Source: Callorhinchus milii
Lineage: Eukaryota
DNA length: 64,000 nt
Direction: 5' to 3'
NCBI RefSeq assembly: GCF_018977255.1
Contig: NW_024704742.1
Location: 14,510,001 to 14,574,000 of the forward strand
Positions within the stretch are counted from its first letter, which is position 1, and each line of letters starts with the position of its first letter. This document shows, piece after piece, positions 1-15,111 of this stretch. Under the pieces are notes generated by a model. That model was not told the origin of the DNA. It saw nothing but the letters and a program-made list of their open reading frames with translations, and made no database searches. A program made the translations under genes and the position numbers.

Positions 1-233
1 AGGGTTTGTGATGGTTAAAAATAATCTCAGCTCAGCTATTTTTATCGTATGGCTGTTTTGTGGGACACCACTGTGCGCAAATTGGCTGCTGTATTCGCCT
101 ACAAATACACAGTAACTGGACTTCACAGTAAGATCCTGCAAAGTGCTTTGAGATGACGTGATATCAAATTTGTAAGGATTATTATACTGTTATAAACACA
201 ATGAGACAAAGAAGAATGGAATGAATGACTAAC

Positions 234-372
234 CTTCATTTACACAGTTGCAGAATCCACACTGATATCTTCGTCCACCTTCAATAAACTGCATATATGG
301 ACAAACGTAAGCTTTACACCGGTTACATCGGAGAGGGCCAGTCTCCCCATGATTCACTATGTAGATTGGGGC
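234..372 (-). CDS. SEC24D: SEC24D exon 9 (Sec23/Sec24 zinc finger)
   Basis: taacag|GCC CCA...AAT GAA G|gttagt. 139 nt. [46 protein letters not shown] (CxxC...CxxC). Confidence 0.97.
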
Positions 373-3300
373 CTGTTACCAATGAAAGAATTTTCATAAA
401 TTTGTAAGTTTCCATATCATAAAAAAGGTAGTTACATAAAAATAATCAAATCAGTAAAGGTAGATTATGAGTAGAACCTTACTTTGCAATATTTTATCAC
501 ACATTTCTCATTGTCATATTACGAGCTAAAGGACAGAAACACCCCTTGTCTTAGCCTGTGAGACCATTTTGTCTTAAAATTCAAGATGGCTTCAGAATTA
601 TGGAAAATTCTTATTCAGGCTTAAGTTGGAAGCATTTTTTTCACAATTCTTAAAAAGTACCAATTAAGACTGAATTTTCCCAACTCTTTAAAACTCCAAC
701 CCAGAGTCTGTCCACCCTAAGACCCATTTTTTCAACCACGTTTTAGGCCACCTCTCCCTTCCTCTGAAAGTGAATCGTAATTCATTGTATTGATGGAAAT
801 TTCATAAGCGACACTGATGGTTAGTCTGCCCCTTTCATCTTCCCTCCTTTAAAGCAATCAAAGGATTAATTTTGCTTTTATCTTGAGGTAATGAATTAAA
901 GTTCTTGACTGCTTTTTGTAGCATTGAGTTTAAGCTTCCTGTTTGTTTGAAAATGGGTCTTTTTAATGCAGCATCAAACAATACAGTAATAAGAGCATTT
1001 TCAAGAAAGATGTGAGTGTAACCTACCATAATAATGCACTCTCACCAGCTGAAGTAAAACAGGGATAAGGAGCATTCCTCAAATGAAGACACACTCACAC
1101 AGAGGAACGCACACAGCTGCCCTCACTGTGCTCCAACTACCAACAAAACAGCTAATAGCCAGAACATACTGGTGGATTCTCAACTCTATTATATCAGTAA
1201 GTGAAAATAGGAGCTACACGTCTCAACTTTTATTTAAACATGAAGCTAAAATTTTAAAAGTCACTGTGACCAGATATTTACACCGAAGCCTGTGCTCAGC
1301 ATTTGTGGTGAAAATAATGCAATTGGGGTGATAAGAACACTCCTCGGGTAAGATGCAATGTTGCTGACTCCACACCGCTGGAAAAAAAAGCCTTGTTACA
1401 CAAACTCTTTTTTTATAGGGAATCCTCTGCGTGTCACATGGAATTGCAAGACCTCAGTTCAGACTTACAATGTTCTCAATCGATGTCTTGCGAGTCACCG
1501 TGATGTTTCCTGGAGGAAACAAAGGTTATGTCCAATAGCCCTTTTTTTGATACTGTTTACCTCAGGGGCTCTTTTTCAACTCCAATGTACAGCCCTCACT
1601 CCCAACAGCAAAATACCAATTTCTGGGGCAAACAAGTTTCAGCAAAAACACAAATGAAAAACGGAGCACAGAACTGTCAGCAACTCTGATGTCTCAGCAG
1701 GACTTCACTGCTTGCTCTGTTGGTGACTGAATGCCTGGAGTTATGGCCAGAAAAATCTTTCAAGGCCAAAATTAGTTCCTCAGTAATCTTTACAACGCAT
1801 ATTACAAAATTCCAAATTAACTAATAAGGCACAGATCCAGCGCAATGTATTACTAACTGATCAATGGTTGGGAACAGAAAGGTTACAATGAGTTCATCAA
1901 AACCCATGGATCATGTAATTAACTAATACACTTGGCACAAGGTCAAGGCAGGAGGCAATAATCTATATAGATAAATCTATACTTTGTGCATGGATACCCT
2001 GCCAAGGACATATACTGTAACTCTTTTCAGATGGTAACATTATAATGTACCCAAACCTGTCTGTCACTTAAGCTTTCCTGCTACTGTTTGTGAATAGGAA
2101 CAGACTTTCTTTAAGTGGGGATGCTAAATGGGTAGCCAGCTTCTGCCAGAGCTCTATTTCCTTTGCTCAGCATGACAGGCCTGCTTCACATCCCCCTTCT
2201 GTGTTCGGGATTTCAGTTTATCTGCTCCCACACTCTGGAATTCCACCCCAGTGTCCTTCCAACTCCCTCCTCAACTTGTTCAAGGTCCATTTCAAGACCT
2301 ACCTCTTTGACTGGAGCTTTTGGTCATCTTTCCCCTCCCCCCACCCCCTTTGCTGTCATCCAAAGCTTGGGTGTCAGGCCAGCACTGTTAAGTACCTTGA
2401 GATGTCCTCCCAATGTGAAAGGTGCTATATAAAAGCAAATTTGTATTGTATTTCAGATAGTTGGAAAAATTAGACAATGGCAACAGAATAAGTTATAGTT
2501 CAGACTAACCCATCGAAGGGAGCTATTGTCATTGTGTTGGCCCACAGACAAAAGATATAAAATAACCAAGATAATAATAATCTTTACATTTGATACTTCT
2601 CCAACATCAAATTGTATCAAAGGCAATTGCTGTGAAAATAGAGACTATGTATTGTAGGCAACCACATTGGTCAGGACATCAGGATAAAACTGTATTTTTG
2701 TTTTAAACAATGTGATTAGATATTTAACGTCCACCTGAATGAACAGATGGAATCTTAGTCTAACATTTCATCTGCAGGACAATGACAATGCAATGTTTCC
2801 CAATACAGTGTGAACTGTGAGCTCAAAGCCCTGATGTCTTCCGATTGATGCTACCAACTGTAACCTTGCATACAGCTTTGGGTTGGTATTCAATGTAACT
2901 ACTTGAAATAGCATTAAAGGCATACATCACTGAAAAAGATAACTGAGAAACTGTTAAATCAATAGCTTTGATCCCATCACCAGAACCACCTTTACACTGT
3001 GGGTCTTGCAGCGATTTAATTCCTGCTTTCGGGGGCTGACTATAATGAAACAAAGTACCTATCTAACTTGAGCCACCTACCAATTGTTTCTCCCTCCTCC
3101 CCCAGTTGTTGCTGTTGTTTTCGGTGACTGAACACTCAACAGGGTCGACTGTCCGGTCTGAACATGTGTATGATCCTTTTGAGTTGATTTTCCCCAATAG
3201 TTTTTATCTAACAGTAGTGAAACTGGGAATAAAGCTCGGCAGCAAATCACTCGAGGACTGCTATCCAGTAATTCTTAGGTGCATTGACTTTGATATTGTA

Positions 3301-6300
3301 CAATTAAATGGAGAAATCACATTAGAGGTTGGCATTGGCAAGCTCCCAGCCTCCACTATCATTACTCAGGTAATAATGCTCAAAATAAAGTTTCCCTCAT
3401 GTAAGAAATAGAAAACCTTGACATTTTAAATGTAAAAGCTGCGGCTACAGCTTGAGCAACACTCAAACGTCAGCGTTGCCAAACTTGAGCTGCTCATAGT
3501 ATGACCGGCCAACAGATATCAAAGCAGCAGAAATGTTCTTTGGTTTTGGAATGTCAAAGCCTCCATGTTTACATCTGAGCTTCTCTAGAATGAGGGACTT
3601 AACTCAGCGCCACAGCCCGATGATCCCTGCACTCTGGAATTCTTTGAAGAGTAATGAAGAGCACTGATTAGATAACAGCTGCAACGCCAATGTTTGGGGA
3701 CAGCAGTTAGAAGATATTTATAGTACTTGCTCGGAAAGTAAAGGAAACCTCTTGTTAATGTAACTGTTTATTGGACTGACAATAAATCCAAATGTCAGAA
3801 GGAAAACTAGCTTCTTACAGACTGAAATCTTATTTCAGAAAAAATTTCCTAAAGTTATTCAACTGTTTTGACCCTCACTTTTAGATGTGATCTGCCAAAA
3901 CCTGTCTTCATTTGGCAATCACATACTGCAGGGCTTGCTACCACTGGATGCACCTTTTATTGCAGGTCTGTGCCGCTGGCTGTTTACATTTATGCTATTT
4001 AACTGAAATTGTTTAACATTACCAATGATTCCCTTTAAAACTGAAATGCAATCCTGCAGCTTTATTGTAGTTCAGTCTCCTGTGGAGTGCGATGTGATTT
4101 GGGTCGGTGATTATGATTCCAATTTTTTTTCTTGCCATGAGAGGAGAAAAGTTATTTAGGTGACTTATGTTTCAATTTATTTCCAAAATTACCAGATGTG
4201 GCAATGCTATCTTCAGCTCCAGTAACAAAAAGCCACAGTTAGTTCTAATGTTACCATATGTGCTTTATTAGGTGGCCACTGATATTGTCACATCAGGGCA
4301 CCACCAGACACTGTTCGGCCATATTGCTGTAATCGGTTCAGCACTCGAGCATGATCAAAATTAAGTCAGACCAGCGTGTGGCTTACTCAGCAAAACATTT
4401 ATATAGCACAATGAAAGCACTGTGGTTACAATGCACACATTCTATATGTATTGAATAAACATAGTCTTTTAGGGATACCCATTTTTAAACTAAATCTAAA
4501 TGACTGCCATTACCAAAATATATGGTATGTTAAAAATGCAACCTAGCTGAGTTATGCAGTAGCCCTATAGAGCTCTAAATTGACTTAATGTGATCTCCCA
4601 GGGTTTACACTTACTGTTAGTTAGCTTCTGTACATTAACGGCTGAGTTTAGACTACTGAATTGACATAATATCAGTCTAAACAGTAAGATGAATGCTATC
4701 ATATCCTTATTAGGACTCAAACCATAGTCTAAGTTGACACTTCAGTGAGGTGTTGAAGGAGCACTGCACTGCTGGAGATGCTGTCCTAAAGGTAAGACAT
4801 TAAAGTGAGGTTTAAGACATTAAACTGCCTGTTCAGGTGAAAGCTACAGATCTCATCACACTATTCAAAAAGAGAAGGGAGATTCTGCTGTTTTTCTGGC
4901 TATCAATCTCTCAGATACATTGGTCAACTTGTGTCTGTTTGTTGGACATTGCTGTGCACAACGTTGGCTGTTGTATATGTCTACAAATACAGTCACTACA
5001 CTTTAGTGACTCTGTATTTGCTTTGAGATTTATTTCAACAAATACTGCTGAAATTCTTTGAGATGTTTCATGTTTTAGGTGCTACATGAAATATAAGGAT
5101 TATTATAATAATACCATTCTGACACGTATCTTTCTCTCTTTGCAACCAAGGTCAATCAAATGTTAACAGCTCTGGGACAGAAACTACTATACTGGTTATA
5201 CTTAACCATTTAGTCTTAATCAACTGCAACGTTGCTGTACTTCCCTCATCACAACATCCAGCAATGATTTAAACTGACATGTGAGATGAAAAATAGTCCA
5301 AAACAAAATTAAGAACATTAATTTTTTAAACAGCTGTAACGGAGAGTGATGATCTGGAATTCTATTAAAAAGTAGATTGAGACCAGTTAAAAATAACTTT
5401 ATCATCAAAAATTTAGAGGAAGTGAGTGGAAGGTGCCTCAAATAATGACACTGCTCACTCGCTGTTGGGAGGTTGTGTGCTTAGAAGCACTTCGGGAAAC
5501 TACCCAGTGCTATATATATGCAAGTTGTTGTTGTTGATCACATTTTCAACCAATATCCATTGCAACAGCGACTCCTGACCTCAGAAAGGGGGGGGACGGG
5601 GGGTGGGGGGGGGGGGGGACTAAAAAAAATCCTCTCTAATGACCTGCATGTTTTCATGCCCCACAAAAGAGGTTGGTTTTCCCACATAATAGCAAACAGT
5701 ATGAAACAAACGGATTCTGTTTCTATTAGAGGAAACAGAAGAATCTTGACCTCTATAAAGGCTGGCTTCCACTGCTGTCTTTGTCACTCTGAGTCTCTAA
5801 CATTCTCTTTCTTTTTCTCTGTAACTTTCTCTATCTATATTTCTATTCTCTCTTTCACTGAGTAACTCTATACTGCAATATATATATATATATATATATA
5901 AGAAAAAGAATAACATTTAACTGGCAAAAAAATATGTGCATGTGCTAAGTTATGCATATGTATGAGGTTACCTGGGGCGCGATTTGCTCGCAATTGCACA
6001 TGAAGTAGCAATGGTTATTCACCCCCTAGCGAGGTCTGATCACTGTTTTCACTTGCATCACATGGTAAAAATGCCTTATAAGAACCAACAGGTCATATGT
6101 GATGAAGCCCAGACCATGAAAAGAAGGAGGCTCTAATTCTCTAGTCTGTATGTGCGTGCACGTGGCTAGTTTGTTTTAGCTAACAAAAATAATACGTGCT
6201 TTTATCTTTTCTATTTTGCTTGGTGTCCTCTACTGTTCTGAATTCAAGAATATATAATGCTCCATTGATGTCTCTATTAATGATTGCCCTCAGTGTCATT

Positions 6301-7620
6301 CTGTGTCCATCCAGCTAGGGTTCAAACCCACGCTTGTCAGACATTGAACGACCAACTAGTGACTATCCTTCTGGATAAGCAGGGTCTCAGCATGATTTGC
6401 AATCACTGAACCCCAGGTTGCAATACAACAATAGCATCCAGTGTCAGATATTTAGAGAGTAAACAAGAACACAACAATAACAAGTTGGATTTATATAGCG
6501 CCTCTCACTCAAGGTAGTGTCCGAGAGCGCTTCAATGCTTTCAAAAATACTTGCAGAAATAGTTTTCAGGTATGGCGATGTCCTTTCAAGTCAACTGATT
6601 CTGTCATTCAATGGGATTAACATTAAAAACATGAACGTTTTAGAATCAGGAGCTGTCAAGAAGAGTGGCGGGGGTTGTGAATCAATAGTTTCTGACCTGT
6701 CTTTTTTAATTGTCTCAATTTTTAATTCAGCAAACCTTGGGTGGTTTACACTAAGCTAAAATGAGGCACTGTAAAGACTGAAAGGGCTGTCAAATTCTTT
6801 CATCACCCTGACAGTCTATCTTTTCTGAATTATAATTCTTCACATTCTTTGTCAGACCATTTTATCCCCCTTTTTTTGCTCCTGTTCAGCCTTTGAAAGT
6901 CCGTTTTGGACCATCTGCTAAATTTCTAATATTAACTAAACAGCTTCTTAAATTATGGCTGAACCTCATTCATTAAGTTAGGCTGCTCTTGGATTTCTTC
7001 AGTGAATGATTTCTTCACAGTATCTGAAAGCAACACCATAACTTTCGACGTTGTTAATATTTTTGTCCTGTTCAAGTGAATGACCGTCACCTTTTGTTCT
7101 TTCCCCTCGATTCAGAAACTAATTATGAGAACTGGAATTTGAAAAAGTTTTTTCTAGTTATATCCAATATAATTTACATTTAAATAGCACCTTTACCATT
7201 GGGAGGATGGTAAAGCACTTCACACAGCTGGAAACCCGAGCTGGGGTGAAGGGGTGAGGAGGGGAAGGCGGCCAGCACGTTTCCAGCTAGCATAAGTCGA
7301 CTGTAGATGAATGCTGTAAACTAATCCACTCAAATGGAGAAGAAGTGTTCCAATTTAATTGCCCTGCATTTTATTCTCAAACATTATTTTCCATTTCGCA
7401 TTCACGTTCATCGAGTAATTATAAAAAACAAAGACGTTATTTCAATTATTGATTATAATTTGCATGAAGCTAACTGGGGAATTGGGGAAAAATTATTTAT
7501 CAATGATAACAGCACACACACACACAGAACACATCATCCACACAAACACACCACATAGATACAAACATATCCTACGTACAAATATGCCACACATACAAAC
7601 ACACCGCTACACACACATAC

Positions 7621-7713
7621 ATATAAATAAGCATAAACAGACTCACACACAAATATAAATAAGCATAAACAGACTCACACACAAATATAAATAAGCATAA
7701 ACAGACTCACACA
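7621..7713. repeat. 32-bp tandem repeat, about 3 copies, in a CA-rich tract
   Basis: ATATAAATAAGCATAAACAGACTCACAC at 7621, 7653 and 7685. Confidence 0.92.
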
Positions 7714-8456
7714 TGCACAAACAGATCCTTACTATCAAAATGGTTGTGATGGAGAAAACATTATTACGACTGACAATGTGTGTGGAGATGGACCATATCA
7801 AGATATCCTTGGACCAAAAGCACTTGGGGCTAAAATGGCAAACATTTTATAAACCAAGCTTACAAAATAGTGTGCAGAGATCTGAAGGCCCTTACAGGGT
7901 GCTCTAGCACCACCAGATCATAGCTAAGTCTGTGCAAGAAACATGTCCTCGAGAATCATAGCATGGTGAGTCCTTTCGAAGTGTACTTTGATGCTCTGTA
8001 GACAACTGAATCCTTTTATTGCAAGCCCTTAGATACCATTATTGTATTTTATTTGTTCACCTTCTGCCTGATACTTGAGTCACGTTTCTTTTAAGTCATA
8101 GATATAAACAAATATAAAAATTGTAATAGTGATTGCTTAAATGATACTATTTATCCGTGTATTTTTCAACAGAGTTTAAAAACAAATGGGAAATGGGTTA
8201 GCAACCACAAATTGTAACATTTTAGGTCTATTCTCGTTATGCCAAAGAGTAAAACTACCAAAAATTTATATGAAAACAAGATCTATATTTTATATTTCAT
8301 AAAACCCTAGAGATTCATAAAACCCTTGCTCACATTATTGTCGCACAAACAGCCAAGAAGTGTATGAGCAATTATTTTTCTACAGGATTTTTGGACAGGA
8401 AACCAGAAGAAACTCTTTTATCTTTGAAGAACGTCATGGTATCCTTAACATTCACC

Positions 8457-8995
8457 CAGTGGCAGGCTGGCTTCCCACAGGGCTCGGGATTCTCATGGAA
8501 AAAGGGGGACATTGATTCATGGGGGGAGTTGCAGCAGCAAAAAGTGTAAGACAATGCACAAAGGCACAGCCCCGCCTATCGTATTGATATCACCTGAACC
8601 CTGGCACTGTTACAGCAACCTCCAGCCCCTAGATATGAGGACAGCTGGGATGACGGTGGCTGGGATGAGGGTAGCTGGCCAGTTAGATGCTGGTAGATTG
8701 CTAACGCACTCATTGTTATCTTGGCGGCAGTGGTTTTCCTCTCCTCCAGGCTCACCGACTATCCCACCATACACCAGTCAAGGTGCCAAGTGCATCCATG
8801 CAAAGTAGCAGCAACTGAGCCAATCGGAAGAGCCTTGTTTGCAAGTGTGTGTAAGTGCCTATACGACCAACATATTGCTGCGCAAAGGATAGGTTGATCA
8901 ATTCCTGGGGACTTGGTAATTGCATGGCTGTTTTCACGAGGGCATTCAGGCACTTGGAAATTTTCCTGATTTCCTGAATAGCCAGTCCGCCCCTT
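8457..8995. mobile_element. Probable old non-autonomous hAT element inserted in a Deu-type SINE
   Basis: Ends CAGTGGCAGGCTGGCT / AGCCAGTCCGCCCCTT; 8-bp flanks CATTCACC / TGACCACC; the host SINE resumes on both sides. Confidence 0.55.
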
Positions 8996-10544
8996 TGACC
9001 ACCTGAACAGACTAAACAGAAAATTAGTTTAATGTCTCATCTGAAGAACAGCACCTCCAACAAAGCAGTGTTGCTCCAACACTTCATTGGTGTGTCAGAC
9101 TAGACTGTGAACAACAACAATAATAACCTTATATCTGTATAGTGCCTTTCACATTGGGAGGATGTCCTAGGCACTGGACAGTCAGTGTTTCAGACGCGAG
9201 CTGGGGATTGGGGAGGGTGGAGGGCAAGGGGGTAAGGAGGGTGATCGAAGGCACGGTCGAAGAGGAGGGTCTTGAGATGGATCTTGAAGGAGGCAAGGGA
9301 GGGGGCGAATGAACTCAAAAGTTCTGATGTGAGGCTTGAACTCATAACCTTCTGACACAGAGTCAAGGGTTCTGCCAACTGATACTTCATCGAACACTCA
9401 GCATGTTCATGCTAAGTTAATGATACCCTTCCTCTCGGATCTTTTGACATCTGCAGCAACAGGCAATCTAACACAAGGATAACTTTTGAAGTTTTGCTAC
9501 CAGTTCTATCATATTTCTGGAACTAAGTCAGCATTTCACTCAATCAACCCGTATTCTGCTCTTGTCAAATGTCAGGTAGCCCTTCGGGGTTGACTCTGAC
9601 CTTTCTGAGGAGGTCAGTCTTTTTTCTCGATGTACTCAAAATGTGGAATGTTAATGATTCCTTGCACCAAAGAAACAAGTCAGACCTTACTTTTTTAAAA
9701 AGTAAAGCAAAATATAAAGGTCTCAAGCACTCAAAACACATTCTTGAAAATCTCTAAATTCTAGTTAAATAAAACTTGCATTTTTATAGTGCTGTCACAT
9801 CAAAATTTGCTGTGAAAAAGAACAACTGTGAATGGTTTAGTGACTTGTAATGTAGGTAAATACAACAATCATTTGTCTATGCTTTTTACTTTTTCTTTTG
9901 TACCATTTTGGCATATTCTGTAAGCAATTGGAGAAAATAATTGCAGCAAAGACTTGATGAAAGAAAGTACAGAAACCCTCAAACTATAAATGTACCTTAT
10001 TATCCAAAATAAAGTAGCAATAAATGCTAGAGGTTCCATGAACCAAGTATCCTGGGCACACAATGTTCCAATCTCCAGTCACCGACCTTTCAAATTCAAT
10101 GTGGGAAAATCCATAAACATACATTTCCTCACATTACTGCCAAAGAAGTGCAAGGATTTAACAATGTATACCTTTATAGTAAAGCTACAAAATACATTCC
10201 CAGCAGACAATGCAAGTCAGAAGACTACCTATAAATATGCCAACTCCAAAATTGCACTGCACGTTTTATGTCCCAGTAACTGCTGTAATACCCAATTACT
10301 AAGGTACTAATATTTATGTGAAAAGCTGTTAAAGCCTCTCATTAGGCCTTTTTACAAAAAACAGCAATTGTAATATTTATTATGAATAATCGGATAGATT
10401 GTTTATCCAGCAATACATAGGAGCAAGATGACTTTCAAATGCAACTGCTGTAACTTGTTTCTTTAGCAAGCTAATAAACAGGGGAGATTTCGATCACTTA
10501 ATTAAAAGTACAGACTGAATGAATTATTACTCAGCTGAATAATT

Positions 10545-10967
10545 ACAATAATAATCCTTGGATTTGATATAGCACCTTTTACGTTGTGAGGACGTCTCAC
10601 AGCACTTCACACGAGTTACTATAAAGTGTAGTGACTGTGTATCTGTAAGCAAACGCAGTAGCTCATTTGCCCCAGCAGTGTCCCACACACAGACATTAAA
10701 TAAATGATCAATTTTATCTCAGGAAATTATCTAGCTAAGATATTGGGAGAAACTCCCTCTTTTTGAATTGTGTCAAGGGTTCTTTAACATTCACGTCAAC
10801 AGGCAGATAGAACCCTGGTTTAACACCTCACCCAAAGGTCATCATCTGCGATAATACAATGGCCCTCACCACTGCATTGGAGTGTCAGCCTAGACTTAGT
10901 GAGTTCAAAGTCCCAACCCACACAACCTTCTGATTGAGAGGCGTGAATACCACCAACTGAGCCAGGA
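10545..10967 (-). mobile_element. Older Deu-domain-type SINE (SacSINE1/AmnSINE1-like), near full length
   Basis: Different tRNA head (GGCTCAGTTGGT...), central segment of the GAGATGTTAAAC...CTGCCTGT...GTGGACGT...CCATGGCAC type, and the shared 3' end. Family name is from recalled consensus. Confidence 0.7.
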
Positions 10968-13900
10968 TGATGCATGTATTTTGGTGACTGAGAAATGGAA
11001 GTAAATTCAATATGTCTACAAATATGTTTGCCCACAAATACACAGTCACTACACTTGACAGCAAATCTCTGTGAAGCACTTTGATTAAATACTCAACTTA
11101 CCCAGTCTTCACTGAACCNTTTTTGGTTGCAAATGTTAAGTGTAGCTACAGGACTGTGTTATAAATCATCAATCCCAAAGATACACATGGAAAATGAAAC
11201 CTCAACATCATTAATAGGAATCCACATGAGTTCCTCCCTTTACAATACTTTTTTTTCTTCAGTTGTCTGCATATGTCTGTATCTGCCTTTGTCAAGTCGT
11301 GGAATCATTCAGCAGGCTCACTGTCAGGCATCATCAATGGGTTTGTCCTTGTCCCCACCTCCAGTCAATGCATCTGCTGCACAGACTAAAGGTCTCCCAG
11401 TTTCAGGACTGTAAGGACCAGTCACAGCAGAGTTTGGAACTTTTTCCAAGTCTCCGATGAGGCAAAAAGAAATAGCCTTGCAAACAAAAATAACTTTAAA
11501 TAACTCAAAACAAATTACTGCTAGCCAGGAAGGTGCTTAGAATTAAGTAAATTTTAGAGATAGATTGTATCCAAACGGTTACCAGTCTTTCACTACAAAT
11601 CTCAATTAGTGCAAACCTATTACAATGGAGTACTGTATAAAGGATGAAAATACCATAGCTTAGGAAACACAAGGACCCCAAATCGCCATGTTCTTAGGCT
11701 TAAGACTATTGTCTTAAAACTTAGAATCATGCAGAATATTGGAAAAGAGTCTTATTCTAGCATCTGATCTTCCACTCTTCTTCTCTGACCTCACATTAAG
11801 AAATAATTTCACAAGCCATTCTATTTGCATACATTTATTAATTTAGGTTTCTTTCACTGAGAATAGAGGTGAAGGGCCATGGAGACCATTATGATATCGT
11901 AGTTAGGGGATGCATAAGATCCCAGTTAGTTAAAATGGGATGAGATGACTATTTACAATCAGATAGAATGAGGTGAGATCCATTTTCAGAACTTTTGCAG
12001 AAAGCTGCTTCTGTACAGTAAAAAAAATTGCGGACCACGCTCATCAGCAATAATGCAATTTAGGGATTTATCTATATAGTTATGATGAACAGGATAGGAG
12101 ATTTTTTCAAAACCATAAATGGCTTTTGAAGCTTAATCCATAACAGCGTTTAAAAAGGATATTTAAGGTAAAGTAATTTTAAAAGTTATAGGGGAAAAAA
12201 AAGATGAATGCAATAGTTGCTACAGAGAGAGCGAGATCTGGTATTGTGTGCTGTAAACAATTATGGTCTCTAGATTCTGAGAAAGAATGATTTAGTGTAG
12301 GAGACAGTGGGCTGATATTTTATTGCAACAGAGCCAAGATACAAGCAAAGGTGTTTGAGAATCTTCCCAGATACAAGAATACTATTCAAATTCTGGAAGA
12401 ACTTGGGCTTTAAAGACACTTTTGGGTTGTTGAGGGGGAAATCCATAAATATTTAGAGTATCGAGCTTCTTGGAACTGCTTTAGCAAAGGGAGAGGTACA
12501 AGAATTACAGTTATTTTTCAGAGTGCAGTGTGGCCAAGAATGTTGATGAATGAAGAAGGATTAAGAGTAGAGCCATTAAAGGGTAGGAATTGTTGTTTAG
12601 ACTTGTGAAAAACATGAAAGAAACTAAATGCATGGCATGAAGGAGATCAAGGCCCAATGATTCAACCAATGCCTTGAGAGACACGTCATATGCAGCAGTT
12701 AGAATACTTGAGTACAAGTATATTACTCGTTGGATGTTTTAAATCAGACTTTTTCATGTCCCATTTCATAGGTTTAATATTGCGACAATCAAACTCAGAA
12801 CTGCATCATACAATTTTTATACAGTGTGGGCATCTTCTAGACTGACAGTAATCAGTTTGACCATGGCAGCATGTTATGTTAAACTGAGGTCCCATCTGCC
12901 TCCTTGGGTGGACGTTAAAAATTCCATGGCACAATTTGAAAATAGAAGAAAGTTTCTCTCGTTGTTCTGGCCAACAATCCCCCATGTAAAATTCGTCATT
13001 CGTTTTAATAATAATAATCCTTGCATTTTGATATAGCATCTTTCACGTCTTCTCGACATCTCAAAGCGCTTCACAAAATAGACTGTAAAGTGAATTGACC
13101 GTATATTTGTGGGCGAACTTTATAGCTATTTGTGAGAGATTGCTGTATTCACTTCAGCTGTTGAGTTTGCCTACAAAAACCAAATCGCTACACTTCACAG
13201 TGAATCCTGTAAAGCGCTTTGATGTGAAAGGTACAATATAAAATACAAAGATTATTATCATGAATGTTGAAGGCCTCTATTAGATCAAATCAAATTTGAT
13301 AGATTATCCTTATTGTGTAAATCATAAACCTTAAGCTTTAATTTTTTTTAAGGAAGAACAAGCAAAGTTGAAGTATTTCAAGGAATTCCACAGAAATTGT
13401 TTCCACTTGAATTTACTCTGACCTCAATTATTCAGTCTATTGTCACTGGTTTAAACGAGTAAACTTTTGGCCTCCAGTGACTTATTCCCAATACTTATGT
13501 AAAGCTCTGATGGTTCCCCAATATTTTTGCCTGTTTGCCAAGATTGGGAATTTATAGATAGTAGGAGTATTATCTCTCGGTCTTCAGGAAATCAGATATC
13601 TACGCCATCTGTTGCTAACAATTGACAGAACACAAAGATATGCCTTTTTCACATTAGAAAGTTGTGTCAAAAAGTTTTGTTCATCTCGGATTATTTCCAG
13701 TCATAGAAATCATGCCTTTTTAAAAAATGGCCCATATTACTGATTTTCGTATTTAAATAACCATTTTTAAAAATCACATCTAAAAGCCATAATCGTTAAA
13801 AAGGCAGAACAAGACAAATACTTATATATCCAGATTAACTTGCGGTTTTCTGAAGAAAATGCAAAGGTCAAAATAGCCATCCTGCTTCATGTAGTAAGGA

Positions 13901-14753
13901 CAGGATGTTATTTTGCTGCCAGTTTTCCATGAGAAATTGGCTGCCCCACAGAGAACATGTAATACCAATGATAATGAAGAGAAAGATGACTTTTGTGTGT
14001 TTTCCAGAGACAAAGAAATCTCTTCATTCTGATAATTAAATCTGTAGGATGGAAGAAAATGAAAAACATATTATGTGAAATTAAAATTCCTTATTTACTC
14101 TCCTGGTGAGTTAAGATTCTTTAGTCAATTCTTATTAAAAGTTATCCACACTGATAACCACATATTTAACAAAGAAGTCCTGGAAACATATGGACAACAA
14201 CAACAACTTGGATTTATATAGCGCCATCCACGCCGGACGGCGTCTCAGAGCGCTTTACAGTTTAGGGCCACGGGACCGAGCCAGGGGGAGGGGTAGGAAG
14301 GTGACCAAAGGCGCGGTCGAAAAAAAAGGTCTTCAGCAGAGCGTATAAAACATTTGCCATCCAAGTTTGTTTCACAGAACAAAATGAAATACATCAATGT
14401 TTGCCTCACTCCCTAAAACTCTTAAGCATCAACACAATGAACTGGACAGGAACCAAGGTCAATATATGTGGGTGGACAAGAGAGGGTTTGCTGTAATAAG
14501 CTATGATTAGAAACACAGCCTGGGAGGGAGGCTGTTTCAGTCTCTTTATTATTTTCCATGAATATTTCACAAGATTCAGATCCTTTGTTGAGTGTTATTT
14601 CCAAGTCAGACAATTTCTATAAAACCTATTGTTTATATGGTTATTTAAACCTAGTTGGATTTTTATAATAATCTTTGCATTTGCCAAGATGTCTTAAAGC
14701 ACTTCACAGGATTTTACTGTATTAAAATATATTTTATTATTGTGTGTGTATTT

Positions 14754-15111
14754 ATAATAATCCTTGCATTTGATCCTGGCCTTATCACATCTTCAAGACG
14801 TCTCAAAGCATTTCACAGAATATACTGTAAAGTGAATTGACTGTATATTTTGTGGGCGAAACGCGGCAGCCAATTGCGCACAACCATGTCCCATAAACAG
14901 TCATGGATTGAGTGACCAATTTTTTTTTGAGGAAATTATTACCCCCAGAAAAGTGATCCACCAATCGACTAACAACTGGGCTCCTAATTACTGCTAGGTA
15001 AACAGATGCATGTGGAGTAAGGAAGCTTTCCCAACGTTTCGTCCTGCCTGGAAATGAATCCAGCCTCTCACTTGTGAGGCGAGTGCTCTAACCACTGAGC
15101 TACAGGACTCC
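14754..15111 (-). mobile_element. tRNA-derived SINE, long subfamily
   Basis: Reverse complement matches 35595-35965. Confidence 0.88.

Noticed and set aside
11119..11119. Single N
   Set aside because: Assembly ambiguity or contig join, not biology.
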